Source: Malacoraja senta
Taxonomy: Eukaryota
Assembly (NCBI GenBank): GCA_038087875.1
Contig: CM075994.1
Location: 8,496,001-8,560,000, forward strand
Direction: 5' to 3'
Length of the DNA stretch: 64,000 nt
The translations under genes were made by a program, and so were the position numbers. This document shows, one piece after another, positions 42,110-56,843 of this stretch. Under the pieces are notes generated by a model. It worked only from the letters and a program-made list of their open reading frames with translations, made no database searches and was not told the DNA's origin. Every line of letters begins with the position of its first letter. The first letter of the stretch is position 1.

Positions 42110-45100
42110 CTAATTACCAAAATGTTATAATAGGATGAGACTTTAACTGTGTTTTAGATCCGTATTTAGATAAATCTAGCCAAAAACAGAGAGGTAATAC
42201 GAAATCTAAAACAAGTGAACTCTTAAATACTTACAAAAATAATAGCAATATAACAGATGTTTGGAGAATTGCTAATCCGACTGGCAAGGAATACTCGTTT
42301 TATTCAATGGTACACAAAACATACTCACGTATAGATTCTTTCCTGGTGGATACAAAATTAATCCCATACACTGTGAACCCAATATACCATACCAACTCGA
42401 TTTCAGACCATTCACCGCTAACTTTCTTTTTAAAACTGGAAGGAATGTCTAAGAACAAATCGTTTTGGAGGTTCAATCCACAAATCTTAAAAGATCCGCA
42501 AGGGAGTATATATATAAAAAAACAAATGGATGTCTTTTTTGAAAAAAATGACACTCCAGTTATATCGCCTACTTTACTATGGGAATCATTTAAAGCATTT
42601 ATTAGAGGTGTTATAATATACCAAGCTTTTCAAAATAAAAAGAATAAGAATGAACAAAGACAGTTAGAAGAACAAATTAGGCAACTGGATATAGATAATG
42701 CTAAAGATCCATCTATGGATAAACATAATAAAATAATAATTCTTTAATTTAAATTAAATAAATTATTATCAGCCAAACTTATAAGACTTTTCCAAATTAC
42801 AAGACAGGAACACTTTGAATTTGGGGATAAACCACACAAACTTTTGGCTCGTCAGCTAAAAAAAACGAGAAAAAGAACATACGATTCAAAAGATTAAATC
42901 AGATAGAGGGGAATCACTAACTTTACCGAATGATATTAATAAACGGTTTGCGCAGTTTTATGAGAATTTGTACACATCCAAAACGCCAATGGACACCAAT
43001 GAAATTACAGAGTTCTTGGATAACTAATCTTCCAAAGTTAGAGTTGAAGGAACAAGAGGAATTGGGTGCACAAATCTCAATTAAGGAATAAGAAGATACA
43101 ATAAACTCATTAAAGAACGGAAAAACTCCAGGTCCTGACGGATTTAATAATGAATTTTATAAAAGTTTTCATGACAAAATTATACCACGTTTACAAAAAA
43201 TGTATAAATATGCCTTTAAAGAACAAATATTACCTGATACACTAGCTGAATCAACGATCACATTAATACTCAAAAAAGACAAAGATATTGAAGAACCGGG
43301 TTCATATAGAGCTATAGCATTGTTAAATACAGATAAAAAAATATTAACGAAAACATTAGCTAGATTAAGTAAATATATTAGTAAATTAATAAACCCAGAT
43401 CAAAAGGGGTTTATCCCTAAGAGACATTCATCTAATAATATGAGACGGCTACTCAATATAATGCACTCACACAAAACCGAAGAACAAGAATTATCAATTA
43501 TTTCGTTGGACGCTGAAAAAGCATTTGATCAAGTAGAATGGAATTATATGGTTAAAGTATTACAAAAATTCCAATTGGGAGAGAATTTCATTCTATGGAT
43601 TAAATTATTATATAATAAGCCTACAGCTAGAATATTAACTAATAACATATTATCTTCGAAATTCCAATTATCAAGGGGTAACAGACAAGAATGCTCATTA
43701 TCACCGCTGTTATTTGCTCTTATAATTGAACCTTTAGCAGAAAAAATGAGAATACATCCAGATATCCATGGCTATAACACTAAATATTCAAATAATAAAA
43801 TATCTTTATACGCGGATGATATATTATTGTACATCACAAAACCTCAAATTACTATACCAAACATATTAAATCTAATTGAGGATTTTGGATCCTTTTCTGG
43901 ATACAGAATAAATTGGGATAAAAGTGAAATTATGTCAATAAAACCGAAAGACTCAACACATCTCTTAAAAATTCCTTTTAAAATAGCTACAGAAAAATTT
44001 AAATACTTGGGTATTGAAATTACCAGAACATATCAAGGCATGTTCAAAGCAAATTATAATCCTCTACTTAATAAATTAAATACATTAATTAAATTCTGGA
44101 AAACGCTACCGATGTCTTTAATAGGCCGAATAAATGCAATAAAAATGATCTTTTTACCACAAATTCTATACCTATTTCAATAAATTCCTATATATTTACC
44201 AAAAAGTTTTTTAAAAAATTGGATTCAGACATTACTAATTTTATATGGGATTATAAATCCCATAGAATACAAAGAACACATTTGAACAAACCTAAAGTAT
44301 TAGGGAGCTTAGCACTCCCTAACTTTATGTACTATTATTGGTCAGTAAATATTAAAAATATGATTCAACTGATGGACAACTCTGCCCAGCAGGTGGACTG
44401 GATTATAATGGAGAGAGAAAACTGCTCCTCTTGTAATATTGGAGTGATCCTCCTCACACCAATGAAACTGAATAATATAAATTATAACAAAAACCCAGTT
44501 ATACATAGTACAATTAGAACTTGGAAACAAATAAAACATTTAAAATTAAGAAATCTATCGCTTTTATCCCCAATAGTTAATAACCCTTCGTTTAAACCCT
44601 CCATTATAGATAAATCATTTATACAATGGGAAAGATTAGTAATTGAAACGCTCGAAGACTTGTATGAAACTGGAAAATTACTATCATTCCAACAATTACA
44701 AATAAAATATAATCTGGGAAACAATCAATACTTTAAATATTTTCAAATCTATGATTATCTGAAATAATATACAAAAGATTATTATAACATGACACCAGAT
44801 GTACTGGACGAAGCAATGCAGATAAAAGCTGAATCACCAAACTTAGTATCTTATTTGTATAATATTATCTTAACTGGAGAAATACCAACTACGGAACGAA
44901 TTAGAAGAGACTGGGAAAAAGAATTAGCTGTTAAAATTTCAAAGGTGGAATGAACATTTATTAAATGTGCATAAATGCTCGATTAATGTAAGACACACTT
45001 TAATACAATTAAAAATTTTACACAGATTATATTATTCAAAAACCAAAATTTGTAAATTTTCCCCCAATGTATCACCTATTTGCGATAAATGTAAGTCTCA

Positions 45101-45880
45101 AGAAGCTACTATAGCGCACTCATTTGTTTTTTTGTACAAAAATTCAAAAATGTTGGATTGAAATTTTTGAAATCTTTACAAAATTATTTAAAATAAAACT
45201 GACACCAAAAGCAGAATGGATTATCTTCGGAACAACAGAAGATAGACCTGATCTAAATGTGTTTCAAAAGAACCTATTTGATTACGGGTTAATAACTGGA
45301 ACCAAAGCTTATCCTAAAATTTTGGAAAAATGCTGCAATACCAACAATAAACATGTGGATTTCAAACATGTTTGAAACATTACACCTGGAAGAGATAAGA
45401 CTCCTCCTGGCAGGTAAATCGGATCACTTCCATCTGACGTGGTCTTCATTTATAGAACTATTACAAGCATAAGGTGCAAAAGTACTTTAAAAAGGTACTG
45501 ATGTCAGGACTTGGTAAAGGGGGATGAAAGGTGGCGAGTTGGTAGGTCCCATTAGCGTGATGCTCATAATAGAGTACTTGTTTTTCTCTCGTCTCTTCTT
45601 TCTCTTTTTTTTCTTCTTTAGGGTCTATCTCTCAATCTTTTCTCTCTAATTTCTCTTCTACAGGGTCTCTGTTCTTTCCTGTTGACACGTTTTTACACTA
45701 TCACGATTTTCCTTCACTTTCTCTTTTTTCTTAATTTCAACCTTTTCTTTTTATTAGCTTTAAAAAACGTAGGAGTATATTAATTGTAATAAGATATATG
45801 TGATGAGTACTAATGTAATTATTTGTAATTTAATGTACTTTTAATAAATAAAATGTTTTAAAAAATTAAAATTTAAAAAA
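42110..45880 (+). mobile_element. L1-type LINE ORF2 (endonuclease end, RT, C-terminus, 3' UTR, A tail), same family as 11833-13535
   Basis: YSRIDSFL, SDHSP, SLDAEKAFD and YADD motifs; several stops and frameshifts. Confidence 0.92.
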
Positions 45881-48182
45881 AAAGTGCCTAAATATTTGTC
45901 ACACACTAGGTGGGAGGCACATGCAAAAGCCGCAGAAGCTATTTTGGAAAGTTACAGCACTATCACTGATGCCCTCAATCATTTGTACTCTGATGTTAAT
46001 GTGAAGGGTGATACCAGGCTTCAAGCTACCAATCTTTGGCAGAAAATGGAAGAACTGGAATTTGTGTTTATGCTGCATTTTTGGACCTGTCTGCTAGGTC
46101 ATTTCCACAAGTTCAACAAAGCCATTCAGAAATCCAAACTGTTATTGAGTACTTGTGCAAGTTTGTACAGTTCACTTCAGGATTTTGTAACCAAATTAGA
46201 GAAGATTTTGATGAGCTTGAGCAACAAGGAAAGGCCACCTTGCCAGATGTTAACTACAGAACTATCACAGGGAGACAAAGAGTAAGGAAAGGGCAAGGAA
46301 ATGATGGAAGTTCACCTGGTCCTGATGCTTTAGATAAACTCTCTTCAAGAGATAAGTTTAGGATAAAATCCTTTATTCCTATACTAGATGCACTTGAAAC
46401 CAATTTGAAAAGAAGAGGTACTGTGTTCAGGGAAGTTGCACAACAGTTTCCCTTTCTTGCTAATCTGACCGCATCTAAGCAAGAAATTCAGCAAGGTGTT
46501 GAACTGTTGATAGATAGATAGATAGATAGATGTATTTCCTTGTCATTTGAACCTCAAAGAGACTCAAACGAAACTCTGTTTCCACAGCCATACAAACAAA
46601 ACAATTCCTACACGACACACAAACAATTCAATTTACAGAAAAACATCCATCACAGTGAATCTCCTCCTCACTGTGATGGAAGGCAAAGTCTTTTCTCTCC
46701 CCTGCACGCCCCATTCTCCTCCCGATGTTGAAGGCCCCAGGCGGGCAATGTGAAGTCCCACGGCCTTTGAGGCCGCACCGGGCGGTGTACGGCCTCGCTC
46801 CGGGCCCAAAAGTCACAGAGTTGGAGCCCCCGGCGGGCGCTGGAATGTCCCGCGGCCATTAAAGTCGCACCGGGCGATTTACGGCCCCGCTCCGGGTCGT
46901 TCCAACCCCGCGACACGGGCGGGAGAAGTTGCGTTGAGGGAGCTCCGGAAAGCGGTCTCTCACCCGGACCCACGAGCTCCCGATATCACTGTCCACCGGT
47001 CTGCAGCTGGAGTTCCGGAGTCGGGCCGCAGCAGCGAGCCACCACCGCTCCCCACGCTCCGAGGCAGGCCAGCCCCACGATGGTAAGTCCGCAGCTCCAC
47101 AGGCTCCGCGACTGGAGGCCCCAGGTCGTCCCGGTCGGAGGCCGCTCCACGGAGCTAGGCGACCCGACCCGACAGGGAAAAGGTCGGGTCTCCCGTGCAG
47201 GGAAGAGATTTTAAAAATCCCCCACCCCGCCCCCCACATATACACAGTTAAAAACAGTATAAAACCCCCCACAAACAACTACATTTAACGAGCCAAAAAA
47301 AAAGACAGACAGGCTGTAGGGGCCGCTGCAGTAATCCCGCGCCGCCCAGATGTTGATGTTGACCTGAAACTTACTGATGAATTTTTGCACTTTCACTCGT
47401 ACGTGAGACAAAGCCATAGGTCTACAGAAGAGCACTCTCTGTCTCATACAGACCGTTATCAAATACTATACAAGGAAACAATTCAGATGGCCTTCCCTAA
47501 TGTGGAAGCAATCTTGCGGCTGTGTCTTAGCTTAATGGTCACCAACTGCTCGGGAGAGAGGTCTTTTTCAAGACTCAAAAGAATTAAAAATGAATTCAGG
47601 TCCACAATGTCTCAAGAGAGGCTGTCTGCACTGAGCATTCTGTGCATTGAGAGTGACAATCTTAGACAAACAGATCTTGGTGAACTTCTGGATGATTTTG
47701 CTATGAAGAATGCGAGAAAAAAACATTTCTGCTCAGTGTATTTGTAGTATCTTTATTTCCTAATATTCCACACTCAATTCAAGAGACACTTATTGACACA
47801 TGCACCAATTGGTACAATGAAATTTGGGGAGTCACCATCCGACGTCCGAACGGAAGAACATTCTCAGCGGCTTGGACTTCCGAATCGGCCAGTTCCTACC
47901 GGATACCGCGGCTCCCGAAGTCCATTATAAATACACAATAAACATGTTATGCATTCTTGTACTCTTACAAGGATATGACCGCACATAACCCACCCCCCCC
48001 CCCCTCCTTCCCAACCTCAGCCTCACGGACCTTAGAGTACCCCTAGTTCCTAAAACCCCTTTTCCATCACTGGCTGAAGGTAAGACACAAAACGCTGGTG
48101 TAACTCAGCGGGGCTGGCAGGAAAGACGCCATTTGGTGTGAGGGGGTGGGGAGAGTGTTAAACAAAAACGCGGAAGGGCGTA

Positions 48183-48262
<80 letters not shown>

Positions 48263-48322
48263 GATACCTAATCCTGAGAAGGGAGTGGAGCGTCCAAGAT
48301 CTCCATTCAGTCCAAGTAGACC

Positions 48323-48889
48323 ATGGTCAGGGACGCTCGTTACAGGGACGAAGGGGGCTTCTTTAAGGTCTTTTTCTCGCGTTTGGACCGGCTCGGCCAT
48401 AACCCCGACATCTCCGGGCGGTGGGAGAGAGAGTCCGAGCGAGCCGAGAGCCGTGGAGACAGGTTCAACATGGACAACGTTTGGTGGGGCGGAGCGGGCT
48501 ACATCTGGACTTTGGAACAAGTGCAGGGACGTGTCTCTGAGGGTGATTTCAGCCCAGCCGACGAGGAGAAGTTGGCAGAGCTGGCCAGCAAGGTAGTAAA
48601 ACGGAGGGCGAAGGAGTACCTGCGGGCGGAGAGGAACGGCTGGTCGGACCCAGAACATCTCAAAGCCTTGGAGGAATGGAAGAGGGTCGAGAGGTCCTTG
48701 CAAGCGCGCAGATCCCGGCCAGGAACTGGGAATCAAGTACAACAATCATATGCTGCTCAAACTCCTCTGGTCAGGCACCAGGGAGGTGACCGCTTGGAAG
48801 ATGTTTCGATACGTGGATATTGCCCAGTAATTCTGTGCATCCTCGTCTTCGCTTTCTTGGCCTGGATGTTCCTTACAGCAGAGATATGA
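48323..48889 (+). CDS. Unrecognised intronless 188-aa ORF with C-terminal hydrophobic segment (putative tail-anchored membrane protein)
   Basis: Strong Kozak accATGG, non-repetitive composition, C-terminal VILCILVFAFLAWMFL, AATAAA at 49574, paralogs nearby. Confidence 0.5.
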   Translation: MVRDARYRDEGGFFKVFFSRLDRLGHNPDISGRWERESERAESRGDRFNMDNVWWGGAGYIWTLEQVQGRVSEGDFSPADEEKLAELASKVVKRRAKEYLRAERNGWSDPEHLKALEEWKRVERSLQARRSRPGTGNQVQQSYAAQTPLVRHQGGDRLEDVSIRGYCPVILCILVFAFLAWMFLTAEI

Positions 48890-51091
48890 GACCCTGGAGT
48901 GTGCTGGCGCCGTGGGAACTGTGGAGAGGAGAGACGAGCAACTGTAGATGCCGGTTTAACCCCCACCCCCCCCCCCCCAGTTGAACCTGCTCTCTGCCCC
49001 TCCCACCCCCCCCCCCTCTCTCCCCCGCCCTCCCCTCTCTCCCCCTTTCCCCCACTCCAACTCTCCGCCCCTCCCTCCCACTCTCCCCCCTCCCTCCCAC
49101 TCTCCCCCCCCTCCCACTCCCTCCCCTTCTCCCACTTCCCCTCCCCCTCACAAACTTCTCTCCTCCTTCGCTCAGAATTCCGCTTCCCACTTCCCCTCCC
49201 ACCTCTCTCCCCCTCCCACTCCCTCCCACCTCCCTCTCTCTCCCCGTCCCTCTCCCACCCCTCTCCCCTCCCACTCCCCGTACTCCCCAGTGTGATTGGA
49301 TTTTGTGTCAGAATATTTTATCAGTCTCCTGACTCCACGATGATTTTATTTCCAATGATATCACCACTATCACAGAAGTGTCTGAACAGTGCAGGAAGGA
49401 ACTGCAGATGCTGGTTTTAAACCGAAGACATACATAAAAATACTGGAGTAACTCAGCGGGTCAGGCAGCATCTCTGGAGAGAAGGAATATGTGATGTTTC
49501 GGGTCAATCTGATGAAGGGTCTCGACCTGAAACATCACCTATTTCTTTTCTCCAGTGTCTTAGCAGTGTTGTTAATAAATAGTGCAGTGTTGTGTACTCA
49601 GTGAAAGTGGCAGACAAACGTTCAACAAGACAAATTCTGTTTTGTTTTATTCTAAGGATAGTAATTTTCAATGTTTAAAAACTCACTTCCAGAGTTCTCT
49701 ACTGAAATATGACCTGTAGATTAACGTATGAGTAGTTTAACCTATGATGAGCGTTTGTCGGATCTGGGCTTGTACTCGTGGAGGTTAGAAGGATGAGGGG
49801 GTACCTCATTGAAGTGTACAGAATAGTGAAAGGCCTGGATAGAGTGGATGTGGAGAGGATGTTTCCACTGGTGGGAGAGTCCAGGACCAGAGGGCACAGA
49901 TTCAGGATTAAAGGATGTACCTTTAGAAACAAGATGAGGAGGAATTTCTTTAGCCAGAGGGTGGTGAATCTGTGGAATTCTTTGCCACAGAAGGCTGTGG
50001 AGGCCAAGTCAATGGATATTTTTAAGGCAGAGACAGATAGATTATTGATTAGTACGGGTGTCAGGGGTTATGGGTAGAAGGCAGGAGAATGGGGTTAGGA
50101 GGGAGAGATAGATCAGCCATGATTGAATGGCGGAGTAGACCTGATGGGCCGAATGGCCTAATACTGCTCCTATCACATAATTTTATGATCTGTACTTGCT
50201 TTAGATATCCTGTACTTCCAGAATAACCTGTTTTAAATGCTTTTGCTGCTTTCATGAGCTGCATTTAGAATGCTTTCAATAAAACCACATTGTGTTTTGC
50301 TTCAAATCTGCAGGCGTTTTTCATAAACATAATCATACTTTATTAGCCAAGAATGTTTAGCAACATACGAGGAATTTGATTTGCCATCCAGTCATACTAA
50401 TAAAAAGCAACAGAACACACAAAATACATTTTACCATGAACATCCACCACAGTGACTACTCCACATTCCTCACTGTGATGGAAGGTGAAAAAAAGTTCAA
50501 TCTCTTCCCTTCTTTGTCCTCCAGCAGTCGGGGGCCTCGAGTCATCCGTTGAGTGGACGATCTTACTCCCGTAGCCAGCGGCGGGCCTCCTCGTCGGGGC
50601 GATCAAGCTCCTGCATCGGGGGGGAATCTCAGCTGCTCCGCGCGGGGCGATCTGACCCGGAGTCGGGGCTGGTCGAACGTCCTGCGGCTTTTGGAGCTTC
50701 CCGACGTCTGTCTCTTCCCCGAGACTGCGAGCTCCTTGATGTTAAAGTCCACAGGCCGCGGTTGGAGCGTCGATCCCAGGCAAGGAATCAGCTCCGATGG
50801 TAAGTCCACGCCCCGCGGTGGGGCTCAAAGTCAGTCCTGAGCAAGGCCTCCAACTGATGTTAGGTCGCAGAGCGACCGGAGATACGATCCAGTAAACAAT
50901 CGCATCTCCGGCAAGATGAGAGACTGAAAAAAAAGTTCCCTCCAGCCCCCGCATAAAACAAACCAGAGAACATTAACACAAACTTTAAAACACACTAAAA
51001 ATAACAAAAAAGATGAAAAGGACAGACAGACTGTAGGCGAGGCTGCCGTCACAGCGCCACCTGGTGGAAGTCGGTTTCCCTTCTATTCAAA

Positions 51092-52035
51092 TTTTTTTTT
51101 TCTTTTAATTTTTATGTTTTAATTTTAAATAAATCAACACAAAAAAGGAAAAGAGAAATGTCAATAAGAAACACTCAAATAATACACAAAAGAAAAATAC
51201 AAAAATATTCAGAAACATAAAAGTAATAGAAATTATATATATATATATATATATGAAATGCAACCATGCCATCAGTCACACACCCCACCCACCCCACCCT
51301 GGCTAATTAAGAGTGAAAAGTGCACTCTTAATAACAAATAACAAATAACAAAATTTAACAAACCAGCCCTTAGTCTGGCAGAACCTGCAAGACTGTAAAG
51401 TATGATAAAAAAAAAAGGTCGCCATTTGTGAAAACATTTATCTGTACATCCCCTCAATGTATATTTAATTTTCTCAAGTTTAAGAAAAAAACACTTCATC
51501 TTTCAGCCACTGTGACAGAGGGTGGGTTAGGAGATTTCCACTGTAGGAGTAGGCGACGTCTGGCTATTAAAGATGTAAAATTAATAATTGATTTTTGCAC
51601 AGAGTTTAATCGACCTTACTTATCCGGGGCCCCAAAGATGGCAATCAATGGACAGGGCTGTAGAGGTATTCGGTAGACATTATATTAAAGTAGCCGGACC
51701 AACTATTATGCAATCGTGGACAAAGGAAAGACATATGGCTCAGATGACAGTGTGGGCCCGAACATCTATCACATTTATCCTCCACCTCTCGATAAATCCC
51801 AGACAGTCTTGATTTAGACAAATGGACCCTGTGTATAACCATAAACTGAATAAGTGCAAGACGAGCGCAAGACGTGACAGTACATAGCCCACCCACAACG
51901 TTTTCCCACCACTCCTCAGTAAGTTGAAGTCCCAGCTCTTCCTCCCAAGTAGCCCTTGTTTTAGAGTTGGACTGATCGCAAAGATCCAGAATGGGGTTTA
52001 TACATCTCTGAAACAATCCCCCTTTGTTGTGTCTT
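51092..52035 (-). mobile_element. L1-type 3' fragment (duplicated at ~56668-57620)
   Basis: ORF 51645-52016 WEEELG...IQFMVIHR...CDRC; poly(T) at the left end. Confidence 0.8.
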
Positions 52036-52084
52036 GAAAGTAAACAAACTATTTAATTTCTGTGTGGTTTCAGGCTATAATCTA

Positions 52085-52340
52085 GGGCGGCACGGTGGCG
52101 CAGCGGGTAGAGCTGCTGCCTCACGGCGCCAGAGACCCGGGTTCTATCCTGACTTCGGGTGCTGTGTGTTTGTGTGGAGTTTGCACGTTCTCCCTGTGAC
52201 CCGCGTGGGTTTCCTCCGGGTGCTCCGGTTTCCTCCCACATCCCAAAAGACGTGCGGGGTTGTAGGTTAATCGGCCCCTCTGTAAATTGCCCCCCTAACG
52301 TGTAGGGAGTGGATGAGAAAGTGGGATAACATAGAACTCG
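52085..52340 (+). mobile_element. tRNA-derived HE1/V-SINE-like element, representative of many copies (e.g. 1-190, 15100-15385, 25420-25720, 26950-27230, 30275-30975, 36317-36560)
   Basis: tRNA-like head ggcacggtggcgcagcgg...ccgggttc and conserved core gcgtgggtttcctccgggtgctccggtttcctcccaca; many copies have a CR1-like tail. Confidence 0.85.
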
Positions 52341-53743
52341 CGCGAGAAAAGACACAAAGTGCTGGAGTAACTCAGGCAAATCACAGGAGAACATGGATAT
52401 GGAAACCAGACTCACCCCCTGAGTTACTCCAGCACTTTGTGTCTTTTTCTTGTAAACCAGATAATGCCCAGATAATGGTTTATAACATTACAGTGGATTA
52501 AACAGTGGGATAATATATAGACCCAGTGTGAATGGGTGATCGATGGTCAGCATGGACTTGGTTCCATGCTGTACCACTAAACTAAACTAAACTAATCTAA
52601 ACTAAACCAAACTATACTAAACTAAACTACACTACACTAAACTACACTAGTAACATAGGAAATAGGTGTAGGAGTAGGCCATTCGGCCCTTCGAGCCAGC
52701 TCTGTCATTCAATATGATCATGGCTGATCATCCAAAATCAGTACCCCGTTCCTGCTTTCTCTCCACATCCCTTGATAGATTCACAACTCTCTGGGTGAAA
52801 AGGTTTTTCCTCATCTCAGTTCTAAATGGCCTACCCCTTATTCTTAAACTGTGACCCCTGGTTCTGAACTCCCCCAACATGGGGAACATGTTTCCTGCAT
52901 CACTAACCCAAACTAAACTAAACAACAAGAAACTTACTGATGAATTTTTGCACTTTCACTCGTACGTGAGACAAAGCCATAGGTCTACAGAAGAGCACTC
53001 TCTGTCTCATACAGACCGTTATCAAATACTATACAAGGAAACAATTCAGATGGCCTTCCCTAATGTGGAAGCAATCTTGCGGCTGTGTCTTAGCTTAATG
53101 GTCACCAACTGCTCGGGAGAGAGGTCTTTTTCAAGACTCAAAAGAATTAAAAATGAATTCAGGTCCACAATGTCTCAAGAGAGGCTGTCTGCACTGAGCA
53201 TTCTGTGCATTGAGAGTGACAATCTTAGACAAACAGATCTTGGTGAACTTCTGGATGATTTTGCTATGAAGAATGCGAGAAAAAACATTTCTGCTCAGTG
53301 TATTTGTAGTATCTTTATTTCCTAATATTCCACACTCAATTCAAGAGACACTTATTGACACATGCACCAATTGGTACAATGAAATTTGGGGAGTCACCAT
53401 CCGACGTCCGAACGGAAGAACATTCTCAGCGGCTTGGACTTCCGAATCGGCCAGTTCCTACCGGATACCGCGGCTCCCGAAGTCCATTATAAATACACAA
53501 TAAACATGTTATGCATTCTTGTACTCTTACAAGGATATGACCGCACATAACCCACCCCCCCCCCCCTCCTTCCCAACCTCAGCCTCACGGACCTTAGAGT
53601 ACCCCTAGTTCCTAAAACCCCTTTTCCATCACTGGCTGAAGGTAAGACACAAAACGCTGGTGTAACTCAGCGGGGCTGGCAGGAAAGACGCCAATTGGTG
53701 TGAGGGGGTGGGGAGAGTGTTAAACAAAACGCGGAAGGGCGTA

Positions 53744-53836
<93 letters not shown>

Positions 53837-53911
53837 GAGAGAGAGAGACTTGATACCTAATCCTGAGAAGGGAGTGGAGCGTCCAAGATCTCCATTCAGT
53901 CCAAGTAGACC

Positions 53912-54479
53912 ATGGTCAGGGACGCTCGTTCCAGGGACGAAGGGGGCTTCTTTAAGGTCTTTTTTCTCGCGTTTGGACCGGCTCGGCCATAACCCCGGCA
54001 TCTCCGGGCGGTGGGAGAGAGAGTCCGAGCGAGCCGAGAGCCGTGGAGACAGGTTCAACATGGACAACGTTTGGTGGGGCGGAGCGGGCTACATCTGGAC
54101 TTTGGAACAAGTGCAGGGACGTGTCTCTGAGGGTGATTTCAGCCCAGCCCGACGAGGAGAAGTTGGCAGAGCTGGCCAGCAAGGTAGTAAAACGGAGGGC
54201 GAAGGAGTACCTGCGGGCGGAGAGGAACGGCTGGTCGGACCCAGAACATCTCAAAGCCTTGGAGGAATGGAAGAGGGTCGAGAGGTCCTTGCAAGCGCGC
54301 AGATCCTGGCCAGGAACTGGGAATCAAGTACAACAATCATATGCTGCTCAAACTCCTCTGGTCAGGCACCAGGGAGGTGACCGCTTGGAAGATGTTTCGA
54401 TACGTGGATATTGCCCAGTAATTCTGTGCATCCTCGTCTTCGCTTCTTGGCCTGGATGTTCCTTACAGCAGAGATATGA
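53912..54479 (+). pseudogene. Second copy of the 188-aa ORF with three single-base homopolymer indels (real pseudogene or consensus errors)
   Basis: Extra T near 53960, extra C near 54150 and a missing T near 54445 relative to unit A. Confidence 0.55.
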
Positions 54480-56805
54480 GACCCTGGAGTGTGCTGGCGC
54501 CGTGGGAACTGTGGAGAGGAGAGACGAGCAACTGTAGATGCCGGTTTAACCCCCACCCCCCCCCCCAGTTGAACCTGCTCTCTGCCCCTCCCACCCCCCC
54601 CCCCTCTCTCCCCCGCCCTCCCCTCTCTCCCCCTTTCCCCCACTCCAACTCTCCGCCCCTCCCTCCCACTCTCCCCCCTCCCTCCCACTCTCCCCCCCTC
54701 CCACTCCCTCCCCTTCTCCCACTTCCCCTCCCCCTCACAAACTTCTCTCCTCCTTCGCTCAGAATTCCGCTTCCCACTTCCCCTCCCACCTCTCTCCCCC
54801 TCCCACTCCCTCCCACCTCCCTCTCTCTCCCCGTCCCTCTCCCACCCCTCTCCCTCCCACTCCCCGTACTCCCCAGTGTGATTGGATTTTGTGTCAGAAT
54901 ATTTTATCAGTCTCCTGACTCCACGATGATTTTATTTCCAATGATATCACCACTATCACAGAAGTGTCTGAACAGTGCAGGAAGGAACTGCAGATGCTGG
55001 TTTTAAACCGAAGACATACATAAAAATACTGGAGTAACTCAGCGGGTCAGGCAGCATCTCTGGAGAGAAGGAATATGTGATGTTTCGGGTCAATCTGATG
55101 AAGGGTCTCGACCTGAAACATCACCTATTTCTTTTCTCCAGTGTCTTAGCAGTGTTGTTAATAAATAGTGCAGTGTTGTGTACTCAGTGAAAGTGGCAGA
55201 CAAACGTTCAACAAGACAAATTCTGTTTTGTTTTATTCTAAGGATAGTAATTTTCAATGTTTAAAAACTCACTTCCAGAGTTCTCTACTGAAATATGACC
55301 TGTAGATTAACGTATGAGTAGTTTAACCTATGATGAGCGTTTGTCGGATCTGGGCCTGTACTCGTGGAGGTTAGAAGGATGAGGGGGTACCTCATTGAAG
55401 TGTACAGAATAGTGAAAGGCCTGGATAGAGTGGATGTGGAGAGGATGTTTCCACTGGTGGGAGAGTCCAGGACCAGAGGGCACAGATTCAGGATTAAAGG
55501 ATGTACCTTTAGAAACAAGATGAGGAGGAATTTCTTTAGCCAGAGGGTGGTGAATCTGTGGAATTCTTTGCCACAGAAGGCTGTGGAGGCCAAGTCAATG
55601 GATATTTTTAAGGCAGAGACAGATAGATTATTGATTAGTACGGGTGTCAGGGGTTATGGGTAGAAGGCAGGAGAATGGGGTTAGGAGGGAGAGATAGATC
55701 AGCCATGATTGAATGGCGGAGTAGACCTGATGGGCCGAATGGCCTAATACTGCTCCTATCACATAATTTTATGATCTGTACTTGCTTTAGATATCCTGTA
55801 CTTCCAGAATAACCTGTTTTAAATGCTTTTGCTGCTTTCATGAGCTGCATTTAGAATGCTTTCAATAAAACCACATTGTGTTTTGCTTCAAATCTGCAGG
55901 CGTTTTTCATAAACATAATCATACTTTATTAGCCAAGAATGTTTAGCAACATACGAGGAATTTGATTTGCCATCCAGTCATACTAATAAAAAGCAACAGA
56001 ACACACAAAATACATTTTACCATGAACATCCACCACAGTGACTACTCCACATTCCTCACTGTGATGGAAGGTGAAAAAAAGTTCAATCTCTTCCCTTCTT
56101 TGTCCTCCAGCAGTCGGGGGCCTCGAGTCATCCGTTGAGTGGACGATCTTACTCCCGTAGCCAGCGGCGGGCCTCCTCGTCGGGGCGATCAAGCTCCTGC
56201 ATCGGGGGGAATCTCAGCTGCTCCGCGCGGGGCGATCTGACCCGGAGTCGGGGCTGGTCGAACGTCCTGCGGCTTTTGGAGCTTCCCGACGTCTGTCTCT
56301 TCCCCGAGACTGCGAGCTCCTTGATGTTAAAGTCCACAGGCCGCGGTTGGAGCGTCGATCCCAGGCAAGGAATCAGCTCCGATGGTAAGTCCACGCCCCG
56401 CGGTGGGGCTCAAAGTCAGTCCTGAGCAAGGCCTCCAGCTCCATGATGTTAGGTCGCAGAGCGACCGGAGATACGATCCAGTAAACAATCGCATCTCCGG
56501 CAAGATGAGAGACTGAAAAAAAAGTTCCCTCCAGCGAACCAGAGAACATTAACACAAACTTTAAAACACACTAAAAATAACAAAAAAGATGAAAAGGACA
56601 GACAGACTGTAGGCGAGGCTGCCGTCACAGCGCCACCTGGTGGAAGTCGCTTTCCCTTCTATTCAAATTTTTTTTTTCTTTTAATTTTTATGTTTTAATT
56701 TTAAATAAATCAACACAAAAAAGGAAAAGAGAAATGTCAATAAGAAACACTCAAATAATACACAAAAGAAAAATACAAAAATATTCAGAAACATAAAAGT
56801 AATAG

Positions 56806-56843
<38 letters not shown>

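Larger units (their letters stand above)
39756..47750 (+). mobile_element. Decayed hAT transposon (ZMYM1-like transposase pieces at 41640-42022, 45881-46510 and 47350-47747) with nested insertions
   Basis: Left end CAGGGCCGGATTTAC. Motifs YDNAANMAG, CAAHSLNL, TRW and the dimerization motif ERSFSRLKRIKN. Right TIR not found. Confidence 0.8.

Noticed and set aside
41640..47747. Possible domesticated ZMYM1-like host gene
   Set aside because: Frameshifted, N-terminally deleted, interrupted by several TEs and preceded by a hAT-type terminus; it is a dead transposon.
48899..49420. Pro/Ser-rich ORFs downstream of the orphan ORF (also 54476-55006 and 31111-31573)
   Set aside because: They arise from C/T-rich or G/A-rich low-complexity tracts.
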